Positions 27,914 to 38,858 of a DNA stretch of 64,000 bases are shown in pieces. This DNA comes from Akkermansiaceae bacterium UBA2367 (GTDB taxonomy: Bacteria; Verrucomicrobiota; Verrucomicrobiia; Verrucomicrobiales; DEV007): positions 3,102-67,101 of the forward strand of contig DDTJ01000073.1 of the NCBI GenBank assembly GCA_002344525.1, written 5' to 3'. The number at the start of each line of letters is the position of its first letter. Within the stretch, counting starts at the first letter, position 1. Under the pieces are notes generated by a model. The model was not told the origin of the DNA, did no database searches, and was given only the letters and a program-made list of their open reading frames with translations. Position numbers and translations under genes: made by a program.

Positions 27914-29898
27914 TGAAAAAAACGACCAACTCCCTTCCCCCCTTCGCCGCCACCATCCTCGCCCTGCTCGCGGCGACGACGGCCCCGGCGCTCGATCCCA
28001 TCGCGCCCATCGTGCGCATTCTCCCGCCGGAGGAGGGTGCTGTCGCCCTTCCACCGGAACTCCGCGACCCTCTCGAAAAACGCGTCTCCTCCCTCTCCGA
28101 GCAGATCCGCAAGATCGAGCGGGACCCCCACGCCGCCGATGCCGCAGTGCTGGTCAAAGCCGTCGATTTCGCCCTGAGGAACGGCGAATTCTACTCGGAC
28201 AAGGAGTTTCCCCGCGCCGCGACGATGCTCGATCTCGCCGACGAGCGCCTCCGCGCCCTCGGGAGGAAAGGCCAGCGCCCCTGGCTGAAGCAGCGCGGCC
28301 TCGTCGTCCGCGGCTACCGCTCGCAGATCGACCAGTCCTACCAGCCCTACGGTCTCGAAATTCCCGAATCCCTCGACCTCTCGCGTCCCGTCCCCCTGCT
28401 CGTCTGGCTGCGCGGCCGCGGCGACAAGGCCACCGACCTGCACTTTCTGGAGCAATGCCGCACGAGGAGCCAAGCCTTCGGCGGTTTCTACAAGGAGCAG
28501 GCCGAAGCCATCGTCCTGCACCCCTTCGGACGGCATTGCGTCGGCTGGAAACACGCGGGCGAGATCGACGTCTTCGAGGCGATCGAGGCGGTGATGGCCG
28601 ACTACTCCATCGACCCCGACCGCATCATCCTCGCGGGCTTCTCCATGGGCGGGGCCGGCGCCTGGCACATCGGCGCCCACTACCGTGATCGCTTCTGCGG
28701 CGTCCACGCCGGGGCGGGATTCGCAGAGACGAAGGAATACAACCGCCTCACCCCCGACAAATACCCTGCGGTCCACGAGCAGACCCTGTGGAAGGTCTAC
28801 GACGTGCCGGAGTATGCCGCCAATTTCCTCAACGGCCCCCTCCTCGCCTATTCCGGGGAGAAGGACAAGCAGAAGGCCGCCGCCGACCTCATGGCCCGCG
28901 AACTGGCCAAGGTCGGCCACGAGCTGCGCCATGTCGTCGCCCCCGACACCGAGCACAAATACACCGCCGAAGCCGTCGCGGAAATCGGCGAATGGCTCTC
29001 CGAAACTTGGCGAACGGGCCGCCAACGCCCGGCCCGGACGATCCGCTGGCAGACGCCGACCCTGCGCTACGGCGGCTACGATTGGCTGCGGCTCACCGGG
29101 CTGGAGGCGCATTGGACGACCGCCTCCGCCAAAGCCGAATGGGACCGTGAGAAAAAACTCATCACCCTCGACCTCGCAGGTGTCACCGCTTTTGAGATTG
29201 CTCCGGGACCGGGCCACCGCCTCGCCGGGACGAAGATCGAGATCGGCGGGGACACCCTCACCGCCGCGTCTTCCGGCTCTCCCGCCACCACCCTCTCCCT
29301 CGTCCGCCGCGACGGGCGCTGGACTTGGGGCCAACCGGACCCAGGCTCGAAGCGTCCCGGCCTCCAAGGCCCCATCGACGACGCCTTCCTGAGCCGCTTC
29401 GTCGTCGTGCCGCCCGACCGGGTTCCGTCCGATCCGAAAACGGCGCGCTGGACCGCCTTCGAACTCGACCATTTCCGCTCCCGCTGGCGCACCCTGATGC
29501 GCGGCGAACTCCCGGAAAAACGCGCCGACCAGATCGACGCCGAGGACATCGCCGACGCGAACCTCGTCCTCTGGGGTGATCCCGAATCGAACCCCCTCAT
29601 CGCCAAGATCGCAGCGAAGCTGCCCGTCGTGTGGCAGGGCGGCTCCTTCACCCTCCGGGGCGAAACCTACCCGCGCGGCGAGCATGTCCCCGTCCTCGTC
29701 TTCCCGAATCCGCTGAACCCGGATCGCTATGTCGTCCTCAACAGCGGCCTCACCTTCCGCGAAGGCCACGACCGGACGAACTCCCAGCAGAATCCCAAGC
29801 TGCCCGACTGGGCCGTGATCGGACTCGACCGCGACCCCGACGCCCTCTCGCCGGGCCGCGTCGTCGCGGCGGGATTTTTCGACAAGAGCTGGAAGTGA
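27913..29898 (+). CDS. Secreted serine hydrolase (prolyl oligopeptidase/esterase-like)
   Basis: Signal peptide; QPYGLEIP, GEIDVFEAI, AGFSMGG nucleophile, HKY. Confidence 0.78.
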   Translation: MKKTTNSLPPFAATILALLAATTAPALDPIAPIVRILPPEEGAVALPPELRDPLEKRVSSLSEQIRKIERDPHAADAAVLVKAVDFALRNGEFYSDKEFPRAATMLDLADERLRALGRKGQRPWLKQRGLVVRGYRSQIDQSYQPYGLEIPESLDLSRPVPLLVWLRGRGDKATDLHFLEQCRTRSQAFGGFYKEQAEAIVLHPFGRHCVGWKHAGEIDVFEAIEAVMADYSIDPDRIILAGFSMGGAGAWHIGAHYRDRFCGVHAGAGFAETKEYNRLTPDKYPAVHEQTLWKVYDVPEYAANFLNGPLLAYSGEKDKQKAAADLMARELAKVGHELRHVVAPDTEHKYTAEAVAEIGEWLSETWRTGRQRPARTIRWQTPTLRYGGYDWLRLTGLEAHWTTASAKAEWDREKKLITLDLAGVTAFEIAPGPGHRLAGTKIEIGGDTLTAASSGSPATTLSLVRRDGRWTWGQPDPGSKRPGLQGPIDDAFLSRFVVVPPDRVPSDPKTARWTAFELDHFRSRWRTLMRGELPEKRADQIDAEDIADANLVLWGDPESNPLIAKIAAKLPVVWQGGSFTLRGETYPRGEHVPVLVFPNPLNPDRYVVLNSGLTFREGHDRTNSQQNPKLPDWAVIGLDRDPDALSPGRVVAAGFFDKSWK

Positions 29899-29926
29899 GA
29901 TCGATCGATCCGCCTTCATTTCAAAG

Positions 29927-30697
29927 ATGGTTGAAATGCCAGGACTGCCGCCCGGTGTCGGACACGACTACGGAGAACTCCTGCGGCGATGGCGGGAGCT
30001 CGACGGGAGCAGCGGCCTGATCGTCCGCACCCTCTGCGAAGCGGGCGGCCATCCCGTGCTCGCCGTCGAGAGCGAACGCGCCGCCTCCGGCGAGCCCGGC
30101 GGCCTTTACCTCAGTGCCGGAGTCCACGGCGACGAATGCGCCCCGGTATGGGCTCTGCTGGCGTGGGCGGAGGGCGCGTCCGCGATCCTGCGGGAGCGGC
30201 CCGTCGTGATCCTCCCCTGCCTCAACCCCGTCGGCCTACTCTGGAACACCCGGCTCGACGGGGACGGGATCGACTTGAACCGATGCTTCGAAAACGGTTC
30301 CCATCCCGTGGTCGGGACGTGGCAAGGCTTCCTCCAAGGGCGCCGTTTCGAAACGGCCATCAACCTTCACGAGGACTACGACGCCTCCGGCATCTACCTC
30401 TACGAACTGACGCGCGGGGAATCCGCAGGCGACGCCCTGCTCGCCGCCTGCGAAGGGATCATCCCGAGGGAGCGGGCGGGCGAGATCGACGGATCGCCTT
30501 TCGCGAACGGATTGCTGGTCCGGTCCACGGAGATCGAGCAGGTCGTCGCGGAACGGCTCGGCGGTTTTCCCGAAGCGGCCTATCTCTTTCTGAAGCACGC
30601 CGGGACGGGCTACACCTTCGAAACGCCGAGCGAACTGGATTTGACCCGCCGCATCGCCGCGCACCTCGCGTTTTTGGAAGCCGCCACCGCCTGTTGA
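29927..30697 (+). CDS. M14 family metallopeptidase / succinylglutamate desuccinylase-like
   Basis: SAGVHGDE, NPVG, DLNR, INLHED, FETPS. Confidence 0.85.
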   Translation: MVEMPGLPPGVGHDYGELLRRWRELDGSSGLIVRTLCEAGGHPVLAVESERAASGEPGGLYLSAGVHGDECAPVWALLAWAEGASAILRERPVVILPCLNPVGLLWNTRLDGDGIDLNRCFENGSHPVVGTWQGFLQGRRFETAINLHEDYDASGIYLYELTRGESAGDALLAACEGIIPRERAGEIDGSPFANGLLVRSTEIEQVVAERLGGFPEAAYLFLKHAGTGYTFETPSELDLTRRIAAHLAFLEAATAC

Positions 30698-30785
30698 ATC
30701 TGGCCCAGTCGGTGCGGGTCGGGGGAAAACCCCCGCCCCCATCACGCCGCTTTCCCCCGCGCCGATTTTCGGCCATATTCCGGCC

Positions 30786-31706
30786 ATGCCCCTGCACCTC
30801 GATCCCCTGTCGCGTCGCCGTTTCCTCGGCGGTTCCGCCGTCCTTGTCCTTTCGCCCTTCCTCCGGGATTCCGCGACGGCGGCGGAGTCCGAGACCTGGG
30901 CCTTGCTCTCGGACACCCACATCGCCGCCGACCGGACCACCGTCGTGCGGGGAGCCGTGAACATGGCCGACCACCTCCAACGCGTCGTCGCCGAGGTGCT
31001 GGCCGAAAAGGACAGCCTCGCCGGAGTCATCATCGACGGCGATTGCGCCTACCTTGATGGCAAGGCGGAGGACTACGCCACCCTCATCGAACTGCTCGCC
31101 CCCCTCCGCGAGGCGGGGCTGCCGATCCACTTCACCATGGGCAACCACGACGACCGCGAGAAGATCGCCGCCGCCCTCGGGGAGGCCACCGGAGAGCCAC
31201 CCGTCGCGGGCAAGCGATGCACCCTCATCGAAACCCCGCTGGCGAACTGGATCCTCCTCGACTCGCTGCGCTACGTGAACCAAGTCGAGGGCGAGTTCGG
31301 CGCGGATCAGCTCGCTTGGATCGCCCGTCTCCTCGACGCCCATCCCGACAAGCCCGCCATCCTCGTCGGCCACCACAATCCGCAGTTCCTCCCCCCCGAC
31401 GTGCCCGGCGAGGAAAAGCCCAAGATCACCGGCATCCTCGACACCGAATCCTTCTTCGAGACGATCCGGCCCCGCCCCTCCGCGAAGGCCTACATCTACG
31501 GCCACAGCCATGCCTGGAAGCTCAAGCAGGAGGAGGACGGCCTGCACCAGGTCAACCTGCCGACCACCGCCTACGTCTTCAACGCCGCCCATCCGAGCGG
31601 CTGGGTCCGCGCCACCGTGACCGCCGGAGGCCTCTCCCTCGAGCTCCGCTCCCTCGACCCCTCGCATCCCGGGCACGGGAAAACGCACGACCTCGCCTGG
31701 CGCTGA
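30786..31706 (+). CDS. Tat-exported metallophosphoesterase
   Basis: SRRRFLG Tat motif; SDTH, DGD, GNHD, GHH, GHSH. Confidence 0.9.
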   Translation: MPLHLDPLSRRRFLGGSAVLVLSPFLRDSATAAESETWALLSDTHIAADRTTVVRGAVNMADHLQRVVAEVLAEKDSLAGVIIDGDCAYLDGKAEDYATLIELLAPLREAGLPIHFTMGNHDDREKIAAALGEATGEPPVAGKRCTLIETPLANWILLDSLRYVNQVEGEFGADQLAWIARLLDAHPDKPAILVGHHNPQFLPPDVPGEEKPKITGILDTESFFETIRPRPSAKAYIYGHSHAWKLKQEEDGLHQVNLPTTAYVFNAAHPSGWVRATVTAGGLSLELRSLDPSHPGHGKTHDLAWR

Positions 31707-31732
31707 CCCTTCCCCACTCCCCCCCTCCCGGA

Positions 31733-32596
31733 ATGCCCCTCCTCGGTCGCATCCAGAACTTGGTCGCCCTTCGCGAGTCGGACCACGGCCTCTACCTCGA
31801 CGGCGATATCCTCCTGCCGACCCGCGAGGTTCCGGCCGGGACCGAGCCGGGCGACGAGGTGCGCGTCTTCATCTCGCGCGATTCCGAAGACCGTCTCGTC
31901 GCCACGACGAGGCTGCCCCTCTGCCAAGCCGGAGACTACGCCGGGCTGAAAGTGGTCGAGGTGAACCCTCGCCTCGGGGCCTTTCTCGACTGGGGTCTCG
32001 TCAAAGATCTCCTCCTCCCCTTCGCCGAGCAGAGCAAGCCCGTCCGCGTCGGGGAGACCGTCGTCGTGCGCGTCCTCATCGATCCGAAGAGCGACCGCCT
32101 CATCGCCACGACCAAGCTGGGACGCTATCTCGACAAGACCGCGCCGCGCTACCAGCCCGGACAACCCGTCTCCTTGAGAATCCTGGAGCGCACCCCGCTC
32201 GGTTGGAGCGCCATCGTCGAAGGCAGCCACCGCGGACTGCTCCACGCCAACGAAGTCCACCGCCCCCTCCAGCCCGGCGAGGAGATCGGTGGTTTTGTCA
32301 GGGAGGTGAAGGAGGACTACAAGATCGACCTCTCCCTCGAACCCGTCGGATTCGGCCGGGTCACCAGCCTTTCCGACCGCATTCTCGAAGCCCTCCGCAA
32401 CGGGGGCGGGCGCATCGAACTCGGCGACGGGAGCACGCCCGAAGCGATCCGCGAAGCCTTCGGCGCGAGCAAGAAAGCGTTCAAAGCGGCCATCGGCTCC
32501 CTCTATCGCCGTCGGCTCGTCGAACCCGGCCCCCATTCCCTCGTCCTCCTCACGCCTTCGCCAAAGGCGCGGGGCAAAGGCCATCCCACGAAATGA
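31733..32596 (+). CDS. cvfB: CvfB/YitL S1-domain RNA-binding protein
   Basis: GAFLDWGLVKDLLLPFAEQ, KIDLSL, FGASKKAFKAAIGSLY. Confidence 0.85.
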   Translation: MPLLGRIQNLVALRESDHGLYLDGDILLPTREVPAGTEPGDEVRVFISRDSEDRLVATTRLPLCQAGDYAGLKVVEVNPRLGAFLDWGLVKDLLLPFAEQSKPVRVGETVVVRVLIDPKSDRLIATTKLGRYLDKTAPRYQPGQPVSLRILERTPLGWSAIVEGSHRGLLHANEVHRPLQPGEEIGGFVREVKEDYKIDLSLEPVGFGRVTSLSDRILEALRNGGGRIELGDGSTPEAIREAFGASKKAFKAAIGSLYRRRLVEPGPHSLVLLTPSPKARGKGHPTK

Positions 32597-33222
32597 GCGA
32601 TCCCCCCGCCACCCCGCCCCTCGACGCGCTGTCGCTTCGCCTCGCGGCGGCCAACGCCCTGATCCGCCGCCGCCGCAGCATCAAGCCGCAAGCGATGGAC
32701 CAACGTCCCGTCGATCCCCGCCATCTCGCCGCCATCCTCGAAAATGCGAACTGGGCACCGACCCACGGCATGACCGAGCCTTGGCGCTTCTTCGTTTTCA
32801 CCGGGGCCGGGCGCGAGCGGCTCGCCGATTTCTGCCAGTCCCTCTATCGCCGCCTCACCCTCGACGACGCCTTCCGCCAGGACAAATTCGACAAGCTGCG
32901 CTCGCAGCCCCTCCTCGCCCCCGTCGTCGTCGCCATCGCGATGAAGCGGCAGGAGATCGAGAAAATCCCCGAGATCGAGGAGGTCGAGGCCGTCGCCTGT
33001 TCCGTCCACAATATGCACCTCACCGCCTCGGCGCTCGGCATGGCCGCTTTCTGGTCCACGCCACCCCTCGTCTACAGCGACGAGATGCGGCAATGGCTCG
33101 GCCTTTCCGATCCCCGCGACAAATGCCTGGGGCTTTTCTACCTCGGCTGGCCCGCCTCCGAAACTTGGCCCGAAGGCCAACGCGGGGACTTCTCCGGAAA
33201 AATCGTCCACATTGAGGGGTAG
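32593..33222 (+). CDS. Nitroreductase family protein (YdjA-like)
   Basis: RRRRSIK, APTHGMTEPWRF, NMHLTASALG...FWST. Confidence 0.88.
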   Translation: MSDPPATPPLDALSLRLAAANALIRRRRSIKPQAMDQRPVDPRHLAAILENANWAPTHGMTEPWRFFVFTGAGRERLADFCQSLYRRLTLDDAFRQDKFDKLRSQPLLAPVVVAIAMKRQEIEKIPEIEEVEAVACSVHNMHLTASALGMAAFWSTPPLVYSDEMRQWLGLSDPRDKCLGLFYLGWPASETWPEGQRGDFSGKIVHIEG

Positions 33223-33412
33223 CGTTCTCCGCCACCCCCGCCTGGCAGCGGCAGGCATAGCAGGAAAAGGGCCGCCAGCCGTTTCATGCGGGGAGTACGC
33301 CCGGAAACCGCGACGGAGTCCGCGAGAACTTCGACCGATGGCATCCCGACAGCAAGGTCCACCGTCGTTCCACTATTGCCATCGTCCCGACGACGGGCTA
33401 AAAATGCCCCCC

Positions 33413-36400
33413 ATGAGACGCCTTCTCCTCCCTCTCCTCGCCCTCGCCGGGCTGGCCGCCCCCGCCTTCGCCATCACCCCGGCGGAACTGGAGGCGCGCT
33501 TCAAGCAGCTCCCCACCGTGCCCGAGGACGAACTGCCGCCCCTCAGCAACCAGCCCGGCCCCTTCCGCGGACTGATCCATCACGAGGGCCTCGAAGGCCA
33601 CACCTGGGTCGCCTTTCCCTTCGTCGAGAACCCCGGCAGCTTCGGCTTCGACCCGCAGGGCCGCCTCTACGTGGCCGAGGCAAACCGCTTCTGGCTCGGC
33701 GTCCCCGACCTGCGCGGGGCCAACGAACTGATCCGCGACGACTTCAAGGCGGTGACCGTGGCAGACCGCCTGACGATGTACCAAAAATACGCGGCGAGCT
33801 TTCCCGAAGGCTGGTTCAGCCGAGTCGCCGACCGGCTCATCCTCCTCGAAGACCGCGACGGCAACGGAGCCGCCGACCATCGCTCGCTTTTCTCCGACCG
33901 CTTCAAACGCCCCGAGGACGGCATCGGCTTCTCCATCCTCGCCGACGACGGCCATGTCTATTTCACCTGCATCCCCAGCGTGTGGAAACTGCGCGACACC
34001 GACGGCGACGGACGCGCCGACGAGGAGGAGGAAATCTCGACTGGCTACGGGGTGCGCGTCTCCTTCATCGGCCACGACCTCCACGGTCTCGTGCGCGGGC
34101 CGGACGGTCGGCTCTACTTCTCGGTCGGCGACCGCGGCTACCACGTCACCACGGCGGACGGGAAGACGCATCCGGGTTCGGGAGTCGGGGCCGTCTTCCG
34201 CTGCGAATCCGACGGCTCGGGACTGGAGCTCGTCTGCACGGGGCTACGCAACCCGCAGGAGCTCGCCTTCGACGACCACGGCAACCTCTTCACCTTCGAC
34301 AACACCGGGGACATCGGCGACAAGGCCCGCCTCGTCTACGTCCTCGAAGGCAGCGACTCCGGCTGGGACATGGCCCACCAATCGCCGCACCACTACGCCA
34401 CGCATCTCGATTGGGGCGGCTTCCGCCCGGAGAAATCGATGTGGGTGGCGGAGCGTATGTTCGACCTGCACAACGAGGAGCAGCCGCAATGGGTCTATCC
34501 GCCCGCCTCGCATGTCGCGAACGGTCCCTCCGGCGTCACATGGCTGACTGGCGAATCGCTGCCCGAGGATCTGCGAGGCAAATTCCTCCTCTCGAACTAC
34601 CGCGGCGCTTCGGACAACTGCAATCTGCTCCTCATCGCCACCGGGCCGAAGGGCGCTGGCTACGTCGCCACCGAGGTGGGAGAGCTGGTCAGGGGCGTCG
34701 GCGCGAGCGACGTCGAGCTCGGCTACGACGGCAAGCTCTACATTTGCGACTTCGGCGGCGGTTGGAGCGTGAACGAAAACGGCTCCATCCAAGTTGTCGC
34801 CTCGAAAGACCCGGCCCAGCGCGAGGCCGGGGCGAAGGTCGCGGCCTTGTTCAAAGAAGGCTTTTCGCAACGTCCCGCCGCCGAATTGCGCGGGTTCCTC
34901 GACCATCCCGACCGCCGCGTGCGGCAGGCGGCTCAATTTGCGCTCGTAGATCGCGGGGAGGAGGGGCTGGCGATTCTCAAAGAACTCGCCGGAGGCAACG
35001 TCGATCTCATCCCCCGGCTCCACGCGATTTGGGGGATCGGTCAAGCGGGCCGACTCAGCGTCGAGGTGGCGGACACGCTCTTGCCCCTGCTGAACGACGC
35101 CGAACCCGAAATCCGAGCCAACGCCGCCCGCGTTCTCGGCGACCTGCGCTTGGAAACGGCGAGAGGCGCTTTGCTCGAAACGCTCGCCAAGGACGAATCC
35201 CTCCACGTCCGATCCCTCGCCGCCATCGCCCTCGGACGCATCGCCAAGCCGGGCGACGCGGAGGTTACGAAAGCCCTCTTCGCCGCCGCCCTGACCAACG
35301 GTCAAAGCGAGCCCGACATCGTCCTGCGTCACGCGATCCTCGCCGCCCTGTCCGAAGTTGTAACCGAGGCCGAAGCCGTCGCGAAAGCCGCCTCGCCCTC
35401 GCGCGAGGAGCGCCTTCTCGCCGTGCTCGTGCTGCGGCGGAGGGAAAGCCCCGAGTTGGCGGCCTTCCTCGACGAGAGCGATCCCCTCGTCCTGCGCGAG
35501 GCGATCCGCGCGATCCATGACACGCAGGCCCTCGACAGCGCCGCTGGCGAGCGTCTCGCCGCCTTCCGCAAGGGACTCGCCGATCTGCCCGAGACCATCC
35601 AGCGCCGCGTCGTCGCCGCGAACTACCGCCGAGGCACGCCCGCCCACGCCCTCGCCTTGATCCAACTCGCCGCCGACGGCGGACTCGCCAAATCGGTGCG
35701 CAAGGCCGCCTTCCACGGATTGAAGCAATGGGAGGCCGCTATCGACACCGACCCCGTGCTCGGCCATTACCGGCCCCAAGCCGTGAAGGAAGGCCGCTCC
35801 TTCTCCGCCCTCGCGCCCGGCCTCGCCGAACCGCTGCGGAAATTCCTCGGCGATCCCCACGACCCCGAGCTGATCGCCCTCGCCTTGGAGTTCGCCACCG
35901 GCGCGAAGATCGAACTCGATCCCGCGACCCTGCTCGCCCAAGCAGGAAACGAAACCCTCGCCCCCGGATTGCGCGTCGCCGTGATCGAAAGCCTCGCCGC
36001 CTCGCGGCCCGAGGGCGCCCGCGAGCGCGTCGCCGCCCTGCTCTCCGACAAGGCGGTCCCGGTCCGCGCCGCCGCGATGGAAGCGGCCTTCGCCCTCGGC
36101 CTCGAAGGCATCGCCGCTCAGGCCTCCACCGCCGTCGCCGACGCTCCCCTGCCCGTCGCCCGCGCCGCCATCGCCGGGCTGGCAAAAGTCGATCTCGAAT
36201 CCGTCGTCGGATTATGGAAAGAGCGCAGCACGAAGCTGCGGCCCGGCCTCTGGCTCGACGCCTATCTCGCCCTCAACGAAAAAGGCCACGCCCAAGCCAC
36301 CGCCCACGCCGCCTCAGCGACGAACGCAGTCTTCCTCCTCGGGCTGGAAGGCGGCGATCCGGCGGCGGGCGAAATCGTCTTCAAGAATCAGGGCGCCTGC

Positions 36401-36826
36401 CTCCAATGCCACAAGGTCGGCGGCGAAGGAGGGGAAGGCGGCGGAATCCAAGGCCCCGACCTGCGCGACGTGGCGAAGCGCCTGTCGCGGGAGAATATCC
36501 TCGAATCCGTCGCCGATCCCGGAGCCGAGATCAGCCCCGGCTACGGCATGACCACCGTGACCCTGACAAATGGCGAAGCCCTCATCGGCCGTCTCGCCGA
36601 GGAGAGCGAGCAGCGCGTCGTCGTGGTCGGGCTCGACAACAGCCGTCGCGAGATTCCGCGCGGAGGGATCGCGTCCGTCGCCCCGCCCGTCTCCGCCATG
36701 CCCCCGATGGCCGCAGCCCTGCCGCCACGGGATTTCCGCGATCTCGTGGCCTTTCTGGCCTCGCAGAAAGGAGGCAAGTGGACCGCCGAAGACGCCTCGC
36801 ACGGCGACGAGAAAATCGCGAAGTGA
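33413..36826 (+). CDS. PVC-type membrane-bound dehydrogenase: beta-propeller, HEAT repeats, cytochrome c
   Basis: EDRDGNG/DTDGDG repeats, GLRNPQEL, HEAT repeats, CLQCH heme motif, GPDL. Confidence 0.85.
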   Translation: MRRLLLPLLALAGLAAPAFAITPAELEARFKQLPTVPEDELPPLSNQPGPFRGLIHHEGLEGHTWVAFPFVENPGSFGFDPQGRLYVAEANRFWLGVPDLRGANELIRDDFKAVTVADRLTMYQKYAASFPEGWFSRVADRLILLEDRDGNGAADHRSLFSDRFKRPEDGIGFSILADDGHVYFTCIPSVWKLRDTDGDGRADEEEEISTGYGVRVSFIGHDLHGLVRGPDGRLYFSVGDRGYHVTTADGKTHPGSGVGAVFRCESDGSGLELVCTGLRNPQELAFDDHGNLFTFDNTGDIGDKARLVYVLEGSDSGWDMAHQSPHHYATHLDWGGFRPEKSMWVAERMFDLHNEEQPQWVYPPASHVANGPSGVTWLTGESLPEDLRGKFLLSNYRGASDNCNLLLIATGPKGAGYVATEVGELVRGVGASDVELGYDGKLYICDFGGGWSVNENGSIQVVASKDPAQREAGAKVAALFKEGFSQRPAAELRGFLDHPDRRVRQAAQFALVDRGEEGLAILKELAGGNVDLIPRLHAIWGIGQAGRLSVEVADTLLPLLNDAEPEIRANAARVLGDLRLETARGALLETLAKDESLHVRSLAAIALGRIAKPGDAEVTKALFAAALTNGQSEPDIVLRHAILAALSEVVTEAEAVAKAASPSREERLLAVLVLRRRESPELAAFLDESDPLVLREAIRAIHDTQALDSAAGERLAAFRKGLADLPETIQRRVVAANYRRGTPAHALALIQLAADGGLAKSVRKAAFHGLKQWEAAIDTDPVLGHYRPQAVKEGRSFSALAPGLAEPLRKFLGDPHDPELIALALEFATGAKIELDPATLLAQAGNETLAPGLRVAVIESLAASRPEGARERVAALLSDKAVPVRAAAMEAAFALGLEGIAAQASTAVADAPLPVARAAIAGLAKVDLESVVGLWKERSTKLRPGLWLDAYLALNEKGHAQATAHAASATNAVFLLGLEGGDPAAGEIVFKNQGACLQCHKVGGEGGEGGGIQGPDLRDVAKRLSRENILESVADPGAEISPGYGMTTVTLTNGEALIGRLAEESEQRVVVVGLDNSRREIPRGGIASVAPPVSAMPPMAAALPPRDFRDLVAFLASQKGGKWTAEDASHGDEKIAK

Positions 36827-36848
36827 GCTTCAACGAGACAACGTGGAG

Positions 36849-37751
36849 TTATGAGCGGATGAGATTCCTTTCCGCCATCCACTTCAGGTAGCCAGACGCG
36901 CAGGCGTCGAGGTTCTCCAGCGAACCGCCTCCGCGCAGGGGCGAGCACATCTCGAAGGTGGCGACTCCGTCGAATCCTCCGTCGCGCAGCCCTTCGAAAA
37001 AGGCGGCGTAGTCGATGAAGCCCGTGCCGAAGGGCACCGCCCGCACCCAATCGACCGCTTCGCGCTCGTAGTTCACAAGTTCGGGCCGGTAGCGGTGGCG
37101 CGGCACTTTGATGTAGTCGGCGTTGGTCGTGATGACCGTGTGCGGCGCAGCCAGTCTGGCGGCTTCGTAGAGCGCCTCGCCACGCAATGCGGGCGACCAG
37201 GCGTCGAAGCCGAGCTTGCAGTTCGGGCGGTCGATGTCGACGAGCAGCTCCAGCAGCGCCTCGGTGTGCAGGGCGATATCGTGATGGTTCTGGATGGCGA
37301 CGAGCACCCCGTGCGCGGCGGCGCGGTCGCACATTTCGCGAATGGCGGCGACACAGCGCTGCCATTGCGCCTGCGGGTCCTGCCCCCCGGTTTCGTAGGC
37401 GGTGAAGATGCGCACCACCCCCGCCCCAAGCTGGGCGGCGAGGCGGGCGAGCGATTCGACATAGGCGATCTGAAATTCGACGAGGGGCACCTCGCCACCG
37501 ACACCGGCGGGCGGCGCAAGGTTCGTGTAGGCACCAAGCACAGCGCAGCGCACCTTCGCGGCCGACAGCGCCTCTTGGATGGACCTCACGAACTCCGGGG
37601 TGGCGTCCAGCGGCGAAAGATGCGGACGCTTGCCCGCGATCATGACGGAGGGGTAACCAAGCCGCCCGGCCCGGACGATGAAGTCGGCGAGGCCCAAGGC
37701 GGATTGGCCCCAGAGGCCCCCATAGCTGATGGAGAAAAGACAAGGTTGCAT
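36849..37751 (-). CDS. Sugar phosphate isomerase/epimerase (AP endonuclease 2 TIM barrel)
   Basis: IQNHHD, GFDAW, GTGFIDY, FEMC; start MQPCLF chosen manually. Confidence 0.82.
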   Translation of the reverse strand: MQPCLFSISYGGLWGQSALGLADFIVRAGRLGYPSVMIAGKRPHLSPLDATPEFVRSIQEALSAAKVRCAVLGAYTNLAPPAGVGGEVPLVEFQIAYVESLARLAAQLGAGVVRIFTAYETGGQDPQAQWQRCVAAIREMCDRAAAHGVLVAIQNHHDIALHTEALLELLVDIDRPNCKLGFDAWSPALRGEALYEAARLAAPHTVITTNADYIKVPRHRYRPELVNYEREAVDWVRAVPFGTGFIDYAAFFEGLRDGGFDGVATFEMCSPLRGGGSLENLDACASGYLKWMAERNLIRS

Positions 37752-37782
37752 GGGAAAGGCAACGAATCGGCTCCTTCGAGCG

Positions 37783-38754
37783 TCAATTCTTCGGTTCCAC
37801 CGCCAACTCCGCCTCGGGCACGAGCTGGATCTCCACTTCGGCACCCTTCAGGAACTTGTCGAAGAAATCGTTCATCAACCGGATCACTTCCGGTTTGCCG
37901 AAGGCGGGTCCGCCATGCCCGGCCCCAGGCAGGGTTTGCAACCAGACCGGCACGCCCTTCGCCTTCAGCGCCTCGGCGAATTGCGTGCTCTGCGCATACG
38001 GCACGAGCGCGTCGTGTGTCCCGTGGAGGATGAGGAAGGGCGGATTGCCTTCGCCGACGTAGGTCGCCGGGCTGACGGCTTTGGCTTTCTCCTCGTCGTC
38101 GAGGCGGGTGCCGATCAGGGAGGAATAGGGATCCTTGGGCGAATTGAATTCGAAGACGTTCTTCACCTTGTCGTCCTCCTCGGCCTGCCGCACCACGTTG
38201 ACGAAGTCGGTCGGGCCGAAGATGTCGCAGACCGCTTGGACTTGGTCCGACTGGTCCTCGTTCCCGCCGATCACGGGGAACGCGCCCTTCCCCCCGGCGG
38301 TCCCGACCAAGGCGGAGAGATGCCCGCCCGCCGAAGCGCCCACCACGCCGACTTTCTCCGGGTCGATGTGGTATTTCTCGCGGTTCGCCCGCAGCCAGCG
38401 GATCGCCGCTTGGCAATCCTGGATCTGCGCGGGGAACTTCGCCTTCTGGCTGAAGCGGTATTCGATGCTGGCCACCGCATAGCCTTTCAGCACCATCCCG
38501 ACCACCGGGCACGGGAACTTGCTGCCTCCCATCCAACCGCCCCCGTGGATGTGGACGACCAGCGGCAGCGGATGCTCCGAGGTCTGCTCAGGCAGGTAGA
38601 GGTCGAGCCGTTGCGCTTCGTCGCCGTCCGGCACATAGGCGAGGTCACGCTCCATCCGGACGCCCGGAGGCAGATTGGCCGCCTTGGGCGCGGGTTCGGC
38701 GGAGAGCGTCTGATGGAGGAAAACGACAGCGGCGAGCAAATGGAATGGCTTCAT
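37783..38754 (-). CDS. Secreted alpha/beta hydrolase (BD-FAE/HSL-like esterase)
   Basis: HIHGGGW, GASAGGHL, LHGTHD, GAGHG. Confidence 0.9.
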   Translation of the reverse strand: MKPFHLLAAVVFLHQTLSAEPAPKAANLPPGVRMERDLAYVPDGDEAQRLDLYLPEQTSEHPLPLVVHIHGGGWMGGSKFPCPVVGMVLKGYAVASIEYRFSQKAKFPAQIQDCQAAIRWLRANREKYHIDPEKVGVVGASAGGHLSALVGTAGGKGAFPVIGGNEDQSDQVQAVCDIFGPTDFVNVVRQAEEDDKVKNVFEFNSPKDPYSSLIGTRLDDEEKAKAVSPATYVGEGNPPFLILHGTHDALVPYAQSTQFAEALKAKGVPVWLQTLPGAGHGGPAFGKPEVIRLMNDFFDKFLKGAEVEIQLVPEAELAVEPKN

Positions 38755-38858
38755 CGGAGAGGGCGGAGTCTGGTGTTCGGCACGCTAAGTCCGTGTGGGA
38801 AACTCGCGAGATTTTTTTCAAATTCGAGGCGTGTGGTGACTGCCGCGCTTGCGCCGGA

